Shown here: positions 1 to 8,039 of the stretch, one piece after another
Layout: every line of letters begins with the position of its first letter
Position numbering within the stretch: the stretch's first letter is position 1
DNA from: Thermoplasmatota archaeon
GTDB taxonomy: Archaea; Thermoplasmatota; Penumbrarchaeia; Penumbrarchaeales; Penumbrarchaeaceae
Direction of reading: 5' to 3'
Assembly (NCBI GenBank): GCA_965234725.1
Contig: CBDDUX010000050.1
Location: 1-40,596 of the forward strand
Length of the DNA stretch: 40,596 bases
The notes under the pieces: model-generated
Seen by the model: the letters and a program-made list of their open reading frames with translations, nothing else
Database searches by the model: none
Told to the model about the DNA's origin: nothing
Program-made: the position numbers and the translations under genes

Positions 1-91
1 ACCTTGAACAACCAACCCCCCTCGCCGATAGTCTTTAATAACACGTTCCGTCCATTAGTGAAAATATTTGAGGTTAGATGACCAGTCTTGA

Positions 92-316
92 TCATTTTTT
101 AATGTGGTCTTTCCAGTTTGGATCGGTAGGGACGTAAATGAAGTAATTCGCAGGAGTTGTATCCCATCTGCATGGGAAGTTCTTATCCAACCTCTCAGAG
201 GTTATTGTTCGACCACTGGGCACGATCAGATCAACATTGAATCGAAGGAAATCTATTTGATACTGAGGTGTGTCTATCAGGGCCCAGTGCCTTAAATGTG
301 TGTCTTTTTCAACCAT
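92..316 (-). CDS. hypothetical protein (~74 aa)
   Basis: ORF track 92..445. Start moved to ATG 316 (MVEKDTHL...), which has a GGAG ribosome-binding site upstream and avoids overlap with the neighbouring gene. No family recognised. Confidence 0.55.
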   Translation of the reverse strand: MVEKDTHLRHWALIDTPQYQIDFLRFNVDLIVPSGRTITSERLDKNFPCRWDTTPANYFIYVPTDPNWKDHIKK

Positions 317-347
317 TTTTCCAGCTCCTATCCGGGAGGGTTCAATA

Positions 348-617
348 TCACCTGCGGACAATTTGGGGGACATCCTTTGTCTGAAGCTGATTGTGGGACT
401 GCACAAGGTATGTTGGTTCACCGGTGATTGGATCGTAGACATCAAGTCTTAGAACTTTAACTATTGTTGGCCTGATCTTTATGATTGTCTCCTCCTCCGT
501 TTTTATCTCCATCCAAGGCTCCGAGATTACATTGAAATTAACCTCAACCGCATCCACTTTCTGTCCTTCGAATAATATTTTCATTTTAGGTTTCCCTCCA
601 TCAATTTTAGTAACCAT
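348..617 (-). CDS. small uncharacterised beta-rich protein (~89 aa)
   Basis: ATG 617 is preceded by a strong GGAGGTGA Shine-Dalgarno (623-630). The sequence is protein-like (EVNFNVISEPWMEIKTEEETIIKIRPTIVKVLRLDVYDPITGEPTYLVQS). Confidence 0.75.
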   Translation of the reverse strand: MVTKIDGGKPKMKILFEGQKVDAVEVNFNVISEPWMEIKTEEETIIKIRPTIVKVLRLDVYDPITGEPTYLVQSHNQLQTKDVPQIVRR

Positions 618-729
618 ACGTCTCACCTCCGAGAATATACAATTCTCTGTGTTAAAGGAAATTATTAATATATAAAATATGGCCTTTCGGTTAAACTCTA
701 TATTATATTTTTAATACAAATATAAATGA

Positions 730-869
730 AAATTGGGTATCCACTTGAGACCACAAGAATTACTTACATATCAAGAATAATCAAGTATTATAATTATATA
801 ATGATATTATGAGAATTCACCATAGTTTATACATTCTGTGTGTTGTGGTTTGAAATGGATACCCCATTT
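730..869. repeat. imperfect 27-bp inverted repeat flanking an AT-rich spacer (candidate ORB-like origin or operator)
   Basis: 730-756 (aaattgggtatccacttgagaccacaa) matches the reverse complement of 843-869 at 23/27 positions. The 86-bp spacer is about 22% GC by hand count. Confidence 0.7.
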
Positions 870-1277
870 AAATGAAATATATATTCTGTTAATAATTTTC
901 TAAAGTTATAGGGGATCAAATAACTGGATCAAGGTTCCGTTAAAAAGCTTTCCTTTAATACCGCCTCCCATTCCTGAAGGTAAAGAAGTTAATAATCTTC
1001 AAAATATCTTTAATTTATAGTATAGTAAAGTGGACTCGATTTGCATTTCTTGTCTACTTCGGGAAACATCCTCTCACCATTGAGATTTTACCTTTCCCTG
1101 CGAGTGTGGTAAAGAATTTCCTTTCTGGTTTCAAGATAGAGTAAACTGGATAAGATCCCTATGATGTTAAAATGGAATTTTGGATGATGTCACAAGTATC
1201 ATCATGAAAAGGATCTAAAATTATCATTGCTAAATCAATCAAATAGCATTAAGTATTTTGAATATGAATATTAATGT

Positions 1278-1345
1278 AAGCTTGGGTGATTTATTTATTC
1301 TATCTTCATCTCCCCACACTAATCCCCTACCCCACACCCAAGCTT
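1278..1345. repeat. perfect 11-bp inverted repeat followed by a T-tract
   Basis: aagcttgggtg (1278-1288) and cacccaagctt (1335-1345), enclosing a C-rich tract and running into a T-tract. Confidence 0.6.
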
Positions 1346-1718
1346 TTTTCTTTGAGATCCAAGTAACTTTTTGCCAACTTCGTACAGAGTCGGAACCTTT
1401 CCGACCTCAATTAATAATCTGAAAGTGACTATTTCAAGTTATTTGGGTGGACAATATGTCCGATATCTCCATGTTTCTTATTACAATAATTTGTTGATGA
1501 TTGTTAATGTCCGATATTCGGGGAAGAAGGACAAATATCACTGGATGGAAGGAAAAGGTCCTGCATTCTTTCACAATAATTACGATGCAATTGATCTGTC
1601 GCTTGTGAATTGTAACGATAACAACTAGCAACCGGTCCTGAACTTCCGCTTCAAACTTATCCATTAACGGCCCTATAGAAGGAAAACCCTTTAATCGCAA
1701 ATAGGGGGATATGGTATC

Positions 1719-2912
1719 ATGGGGATCCGCTGGGAAGAATTCAGATCGGTCATTTTTTTTCTTATACTCATCTCACTATTCCTTACAGCCCTTCTCCCGG
1801 GTGAAAAGGCCCTCGAGGAGGGGCAGGAAGCTCCTCTGATCACAGGTATCGAAGAAGGACGTGGATATGTTCTTGTTACCTGGGAACTCCCTGCAGGGAC
1901 GAACACAATGGACCTGGCAGGTTTCAGGATATACAAAGGCCCAGCGGAAGGGGACCTTGCTGCCTTGAAACTTGAAGGAGCAAGCAAGACATCATACAAT
2001 GATACAACCGTGGAGGACGGCACACTTTACAATTATGCTGTAGCGGCCTTGTATGGTGTGGATATGGAGGAGGCTCTCTCTCTTACCTTCCCAGCCGCCC
2101 CCGGAGGAGAACCCTCGGCTCCGAATATCCTTGGTATAAGGATAGATGGCCAGGGATTGAACGTCACATGGGAACCACCAACTGACGATGGCGGATTCCC
2201 GATCAAGTTCTACACGATCCAGAGAAAGGATGAAAGTGGTGTTTTCCAGAACCTTGGGACCAAACCAGGTGAGGCCACATCCTATCTTGATCTGTCCGTA
2301 TTGGAAGGCAATAGCTACACTTACAGAGTGATCGCGGTAAATGACAAGGGTCCATCCGGGTCATCCAATGAAAGGATATTTGACCTTCCGGTAAGCCCCG
2401 AAGCTCCATCGTCACCGATCGAGGTCAGGGCAACTTCGGGTAAGATCTACATTGTTGTGGAATGGTCCCCTCCTTTGAGGATCGGAAGCGGTGACCTCCT
2501 CGGATACAAGATATACAGGACCAAAGAAGGGGAAAACGTTGAGAAGATCGCCACATTGTCAAAGGATCTCTTCGAATATAATGATACAAGCGTCGAGATG
2601 TTTACCAATTACACTTATTCGGTAGTGGCCTTCAATTCAGACCTGGACTCCGAACCCTCAACACCTCTGACAGTTGCAATCCTTCCGGAGGAAGAAAGTG
2701 AACCTGAGGATAATGGCAAGGACTACGGAACAAGGAACGCTGTCCTCCTTGGAGGGGCCATCGCTATCATCGTAATTGCCGGAGCAATAGTATTCTACCT
2801 CAGGATGACCAGGGATATCGATGATCAGGAGCTTGATACCAGCCAGCCCGAGAACCTAAGACCTAAGGATCAACCCTTGGCAGAAGAGGATACCGATTCG
2901 GAAAAGACCTGA
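1719..2912 (+). CDS. membrane-anchored fibronectin type III domain protein (3 Fn3 domains)
   Basis: N-terminal signal/TM segment; three Fn3 patterns (VTWELP...YNYAVAA, VTWEPP..DGG.PI..Y...YTYRVIAVNDKGPS, VEWSPP...YTYSVVAFNS); C-terminal TM and acidic tail. Confidence 0.9.
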   Translation: MGIRWEEFRSVIFFLILISLFLTALLPGEKALEEGQEAPLITGIEEGRGYVLVTWELPAGTNTMDLAGFRIYKGPAEGDLAALKLEGASKTSYNDTTVEDGTLYNYAVAALYGVDMEEALSLTFPAAPGGEPSAPNILGIRIDGQGLNVTWEPPTDDGGFPIKFYTIQRKDESGVFQNLGTKPGEATSYLDLSVLEGNSYTYRVIAVNDKGPSGSSNERIFDLPVSPEAPSSPIEVRATSGKIYIVVEWSPPLRIGSGDLLGYKIYRTKEGENVEKIATLSKDLFEYNDTSVEMFTNYTYSVVAFNSDLDSEPSTPLTVAILPEEESEPEDNGKDYGTRNAVLLGGAIAIIVIAGAIVFYLRMTRDIDDQELDTSQPENLRPKDQPLAEEDTDSEKT

Positions 2913-2913
2913 A

Positions 2914-3069
2914 TCATTCCTTCATTCTTCTGATCTCTGATGTGATGGCAGGGACTATCTCGAAGAGGTCACCGACGATCCCGTGATCCGCCACTTTGAA
3001 AATTGTTCCATCAGGGTCCTTGTTGATGGCGATTATGATCTCTGATCCTTTCATACCGACCTGGTGCAT
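2914..3069 (-). pseudogene. etfA: C-terminal fragment of electron transfer flavoprotein alpha subunit
   Basis: Hand translation gives [51 protein letters not shown], matching the EtfA C-terminal signature (H..GM..S..I.AINKDP...IF.VAD.GIVGDLF). The upstream EtfA sequence (GISGA) is absent. Confidence 0.8.
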
Positions 3070-3283
3070 CTCAATGAGCAGTTCTCTGGTATCCCTATCG
3101 AAAGTAGTCAGATGATCACCTACCGGGAAATTAACCGATTCATTGAGTAAAAGATGTGAATCATCAACAGTATATAATGATCATCAGCAAGAAGTTCTGA
3201 CATCGACGAACTATTGCTACATGATCTGCCAAATAGATCCTAATATGGTAATTGAGCTCTCACAACGATTAAATAATCTACAG

Positions 3284-6200
3284 ATGATTGAAACGGTCAT
3301 GGGGACTGTTCCATGGTGGTTGGGGATAACCTCTTTTTCCATTGCAATTCTCATACTGGTTCTTTTGATGGTCCCGTTGATAAGAAGGGAGAACAGGGTC
3401 CTTCTGAGACTGGGATGGAGGCATTCCATGAGCTCACACGGAGAAGCCCTTGGCAGGGTCCTTCCGGTCTCCCTTCTGGTTGCTGTCTTTCTCGCTTCTC
3501 TTTCAGTGGGAGATGGTCTCTATTCGATGGTAGAGGAGAATACCAACAGAAACCTCTCCGAGGTGGATCTGGTCCTTGAGGCCCCTGGATTCGTGGATAG
3601 GGACCTCATAACTAATGATCTGGAAGATGTGAGGACATCGGCTCCCATTATCCTTTTGAACGGAGCGGCCCGATCGGAACTCACCACGTCCTCGAAAATA
3701 AGGATGATCGGGTTCGATGATGATCTCCTTGATCTCGGAAGGTTGGAGCTAAGGGACGGGACGAAAGTGAAGGAACCTCCCGCGGGATTGAACATACTAA
3801 TAAATTCAAGAGCATCAAGGGACCTTTCCTTGAAAGTGGGGGATTGGGTCCTTGTAAATCTCGATCCGCACATGAAAAGCGAGGATATACTCCTTGGAAT
3901 GACCGATACCGGATCGATCCGGATCAACCTCACTGTCTCAGGGATCGTAAAGGATGGAGGACTAGGAAGGTACAGGGAAGATGCTCTGGATAAGGTCCTT
4001 CCTACCTGCTTCATGGAACTTGGTAGGCTGGGAGAGATGTTAGGTGAACCCGGAGTTAACAGGTTCCTTCTGGATATGAGGGACGGATATTCCGAAGAAG
4101 GTCTGAGGAATAGTATCGAGAATGGACTCACCTTCCAGGATGTTGGGTTCAATGTCATTGGAGCTGAAGATGCAGGTGGATCGTTGTTGATTTCCGATCA
4201 GTTCCTCTTCGATTCAGGAAATCTGGACCCGAACAACAGGACCATTCAGACACTTTCATATTTCGTGGATTCGATCCACACCGACACCGGGAACCTGTCC
4301 TACTCGGTGGTCTCAGGGATAGAGGACCTCTCCTTACCAGGAGGCGGTCCTTTAAGGATCGGAGAAGCTGTTGTGAACAACTGGACCGCTGACGAAATAG
4401 GTTTGAAGGTCGGTGATACCATCGATCTGGACTACAGGACCGCTGATCCCTCAGGTCGGCTTTCAGCTTCCACCACAACATTCAAGATAATTGGCATTGT
4501 GAACATCTCCGGCCTCTTTGCAGAAAGTAATCTCCTACCCCCCATAGAAGGCATCACAGATGAGCTGTCATGCTCATCCTGGGATCCTGGTTTCCACGTG
4601 GACATCGGCTCAATAGAGGATGAGGACCTCCATTACTGGGAGATTTACAGGACCACACCCAAGATTTTCATCTCACTGGAAGATGCAAGGGATATGTGGT
4701 CATCACAATGGGGAGATACAACAGCTCTATGGATTTCCAAGGATGTGGATGCAACCTTGAAAGCTGTTGAGGAAGGACTCACACTGGAGACAGTTGAGGT
4801 ATCCATGATTCCAGTAAGAGAAAATGCTCTCTCATCTTCAAGGGCTGTATCGATCTTTCCCGGCATGTTCCTTACCTTCGGAACAGCTTTGATGGCATCA
4901 ACAGGGCTGGTCCTCTTCGCTATCACAAAAGAGCTTTCTCTTAAAAGGGCAGGGGAATGGGGAGTCCTCAGGTCCCTTGGAACCGGTAGGAAGAAAGTGA
5001 TCCTTTTTGGGATCTATGAGAACCTCCGACCTCTCATTTGGGGGTCTCTCTTTGGTGTCCTTCTTGGATTTATCATATCCTTTTTCCTGAACCTCACCCT
5101 ATCAACGATCTGGTCTGACACCGTGGAAGGATCCGAGGTCCCTCTTACGATCTCGATACCGACAGTTCTGATCTCCATCTCCGCAGGGATCTTGATCTCC
5201 ACGATAATCATCGTCGCAGTGGTTATCAGAGAGGTCCTGAAGGTACCGGTATCCAACACAAGGGGAGAGGAACCTGGACTGAAAGGAAGGGCGAACAGAT
5301 GGATCCCTCTTTCCATCGGAGCTGTCATGCTATTAGGAGGTCTATTGATCCTTCTTCTTACGACCAAGGGAGGTGGGACCTTCGATGTTGCCGGTCCTTA
5401 TGTTATCGGTTCCATGCTCTCAGGATCGGGGTCAGCTCTTATCATGATATCACTTCTACCTACTACAATTGATAGAACTGATCTCACTCTAATGGTTACA
5501 GCATCCCTTTCCAGAAGACCGGGTCAGACAAGACTGGGTATCGCTTTCCTTGCACTTGTACTCACGGTGGCACTCTCACTTTCCGGAATGGGAACCCTGC
5601 TGGTATCCGGTCTTGAGAAAGAGAAGGATAGCTACGGCGGGGGATTTGATATGGTCCTGGAAACATCTCTGGGGATCCAGGGATCCGATATCAATATTCC
5701 AAAAATGGAGATCGTACCGGTCCTCACCTACGGCAAGGAGGGCGGGACCTGTTCCAATATCAATGCTGTTTACCCACCCAGACTGGTGGGTCTTCCAGAA
5801 AAAGTACGGAAGGAGAACGATTTCGATCTCAAGGCAAAGAAGGATGGATCGAGCAATGAGGATATCTGGAATGAGCTGGGATCGAATGAAAGGATAAGGA
5901 TCCCGATCCTGGTGGATGAGAACACTCTGAAGTGGATATACTTCGGGGATGTGGGTTCCATATTCGAATTGGAACCTGTACCCGGAAAGGTCGTCGAACT
6001 GGAGGTCATAGGAATATTGGGGCCCTCCATACTCACTGGTACATTTGTAATGTCCGAAGAAGCGTTGAAGGCCCTGTATCCCTCCTCTTCATCCCTTGAT
6101 CTGATGCTTGTCAAAGGGGAACCATCAAAGGAGAACATTCTGAAACTGAATGATGCATTTTCAGATTACGGACCTGAAGTAAGGACCGTTTCTGACCTTG

Positions 6201-6622
6201 CCAGGGAGAACCTGGATTATGAGATGTCCTACCTATCACTTTTCAGGGATTTCCTGATATTCGGTGTGATGGTCGCAATGGCGGCGCTTGTGATGTTCAA
6301 CCACAATCGCACACTGCGCTTCAGGAAGGAGATGGTGGTCTACAGGTCCTTGGGTGTAGCTGATTCAAGAGCGAGATCTTACCTGTTGATCGAGGATCTT
6401 GCAGTACTCCTCATTTCCATCACAGGAGCCATCATTGGTGCTTTCATCTCGATATCGATCACGGGAAGCATTATCAGTGGATCGACAGCGTGGGGAGATA
6501 TCATTAAAGGATCCGCACCGGTCCTGCTTTTGCTCATGGCGGTTTCTGTGATCTCATCGGTCATCTCATCACGGTACTCCGTAAGGGATTACGAACATCA
6601 GGTACCCAGGGGAGATGCATAG
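3284..6622 (+). CDS. large MacB/FtsX-like ABC transporter permease (duplicated halves)
   Basis: Two repeats of TM + large extracytoplasmic domain + 3-TM FtsX-like block, with EWGVLRSLG and EMVVYRSLG motifs. The ORF track starts at 3143; the likely start is ATG 3284 or 3299. Confidence 0.85.
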   Translation: MIETVMGTVPWWLGITSFSIAILILVLLMVPLIRRENRVLLRLGWRHSMSSHGEALGRVLPVSLLVAVFLASLSVGDGLYSMVEENTNRNLSEVDLVLEAPGFVDRDLITNDLEDVRTSAPIILLNGAARSELTTSSKIRMIGFDDDLLDLGRLELRDGTKVKEPPAGLNILINSRASRDLSLKVGDWVLVNLDPHMKSEDILLGMTDTGSIRINLTVSGIVKDGGLGRYREDALDKVLPTCFMELGRLGEMLGEPGVNRFLLDMRDGYSEEGLRNSIENGLTFQDVGFNVIGAEDAGGSLLISDQFLFDSGNLDPNNRTIQTLSYFVDSIHTDTGNLSYSVVSGIEDLSLPGGGPLRIGEAVVNNWTADEIGLKVGDTIDLDYRTADPSGRLSASTTTFKIIGIVNISGLFAESNLLPPIEGITDELSCSSWDPGFHVDIGSIEDEDLHYWEIYRTTPKIFISLEDARDMWSSQWGDTTALWISKDVDATLKAVEEGLTLETVEVSMIPVRENALSSSRAVSIFPGMFLTFGTALMASTGLVLFAITKELSLKRAGEWGVLRSLGTGRKKVILFGIYENLRPLIWGSLFGVLLGFIISFFLNLTLSTIWSDTVEGSEVPLTISIPTVLISISAGILISTIIIVAVVIREVLKVPVSNTRGEEPGLKGRANRWIPLSIGAVMLLGGLLILLLTTKGGGTFDVAGPYVIGSMLSGSGSALIMISLLPTTIDRTDLTLMVTASLSRRPGQTRLGIAFLALVLTVALSLSGMGTLLVSGLEKEKDSYGGGFDMVLETSLGIQGSDINIPKMEIVPVLTYGKEGGTCSNINAVYPPRLVGLPEKVRKENDFDLKAKKDGSSNEDIWNELGSNERIRIPILVDENTLKWIYFGDVGSIFELEPVPGKVVELEVIGILGPSILTGTFVMSEEALKALYPSSSSLDLMLVKGEPSKENILKLNDAFSDYGPEVRTVSDLARENLDYEMSYLSLFRDFLIFGVMVAMAALVMFNHNRTLRFRKEMVVYRSLGVADSRARSYLLIEDLAVLLISITGAIIGAFISISITGSIISGSTAWGDIIKGSAPVLLLLMAVSVISSVISSRYSVRDYEHQVPRGDA

Positions 6623-6664
6623 GTGGACAAAGATTACTTATCCCCCCTTATGGAATTTACTCAT

Positions 6665-7927
6665 ATGATGGGGAAGATCGGACCAGTCCTTTTCATTCTC
6701 CTTGTTCTCACGATAAACAGTGCATCCGGATCCTGGACCTCCTTTCGAGGGGACAGCAAGAATTCAGGCAGCTTCCCTGATGATATCGGGAAAATGTCCG
6801 ATCTTGAAGTGGATTGGGAATTCAAGGGAGATGGGGCCATCCAGGGAGCGATCATTGGCAATGATGAATATCTTGCATTCAATACTCTTAACGGTTCTCT
6901 CTATGTTTTGAACATGGATGGAAAGCTGGAATACAAACGCCAGGTTGAGGGAAGACTGTTCAATTCTCCTCTTATGGATGAGAATGGTAACAATGTCTTC
7001 ATTGCCACGGGAAGCGGGGAGGTCATCTCCTATTCCATGAAAGATGGTTTAAAAGTATGGAACACGACGATCGGGACGGGACCATCAATCCATTCCTCTC
7101 CGAAATTGAAAGCAGACACACTGATAGTCACCTCCTATGATTCCAACGTATACTGTCTTGATCCTGACACAGGCCTTGAGATATGGAACTTCACCGGATG
7201 CGGAGGACAGATACATACCACACCAGCATTCTACGAAAATGACGATCAGGACCTGGTCCTTTTCGGATCTTGTGACGGGAAGCTCTATGCCCTTAACAGG
7301 GAGACCGGGACAGAGGCCTGGTCCTTCCAGGCTGAATACATTCCTTCTTCACCTTCACTGAGAAATGGGAAGGTCTATTTCGGGTCCTTCGATGAGAGGC
7401 TTTACTGCCTTGATGCATCGGATGGAAAGGAGATCTGGAACACAACACTGGGTTCTTCCATATTCTCATCTCCTTCCGTCACGGATGATTATATTTGCGC
7501 GGCCTCCGATGATGGGAAATTCCATCTTCTTGATCCCATCAATGGTGATCTTCTCTGGTCAATTGAGATCACCGATTCATCCCTGGAAACTAGCCCTGTT
7601 CTCTTAAAAGAACACGTTCTGGTGACCTATGGTTCCGGTCTGACCATCCTGTCATTGAAGGATGGTTCAAGGGTAAGGGGTTTCGAACTTGGAGACTCCT
7701 CCGAATCCTCACCATCCGTGATCGATGAAAATATCCTTTTCGGAGATACACTTGGGTATGTAAGGAGTCTGACCATTTCGGAGGACCCCGGAAAGGAGAC
7801 GGTGGACATTGGTGTTGAGGATGATCCTGACAGGGATATCCTTGTCATTTTCATTGGCATAATTATCCTTCTGGGGATCGGTTCCCTGCTTTACGTGGGA
7901 TATCTCAGGATCAGAAGGGAAGAATGA
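6665..7927 (+). CDS. PQQ-like (BamB-type) beta-propeller protein, membrane-anchored
   Basis: Signal peptide, WTSFRGD N-terminal motif, repeated SSP...G..D..LY.LD...G.E.W units, C-terminal TM + RIRR tail. The ORF track starts at 6623. Confidence 0.9.
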   Translation: MMGKIGPVLFILLVLTINSASGSWTSFRGDSKNSGSFPDDIGKMSDLEVDWEFKGDGAIQGAIIGNDEYLAFNTLNGSLYVLNMDGKLEYKRQVEGRLFNSPLMDENGNNVFIATGSGEVISYSMKDGLKVWNTTIGTGPSIHSSPKLKADTLIVTSYDSNVYCLDPDTGLEIWNFTGCGGQIHTTPAFYENDDQDLVLFGSCDGKLYALNRETGTEAWSFQAEYIPSSPSLRNGKVYFGSFDERLYCLDASDGKEIWNTTLGSSIFSSPSVTDDYICAASDDGKFHLLDPINGDLLWSIEITDSSLETSPVLLKEHVLVTYGSGLTILSLKDGSRVRGFELGDSSESSPSVIDENILFGDTLGYVRSLTISEDPGKETVDIGVEDDPDRDILVIFIGIIILLGIGSLLYVGYLRIRREE

Positions 7928-8039
7928 CCAATTATCGGGACCCCACCCACAATTCTTATCTATTATCATATTGAATGAGCTTTGAACCGCATCCAGCATG
8001 CGGCAGGGGGAATATTGAATGATATCCGGAGGGCCCATA

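Noticed and set aside
1371-1700. ORFs 1371..1628 (+) and 1434..1700 (-)
   Set aside because: No clear RBS, no recognisable motifs, mutually overlapping in an AT-rich regulatory-looking region.
630-1700. CRISPR array or leader in the AT-rich region
   Set aside because: The repeats are inverted pairs, not regularly spaced direct repeats, and there are no cas genes.
6620-6665. The permease TAG stop is followed in the same frame by the PQQ-like ORF, suggesting pyrrolysine/amber read-through fusion
   Set aside because: The downstream protein has its own signal peptide and start codons, TAG terminates several other genes in the window, and no pyl genes are visible. The shared frame is a one-in-three coincidence.
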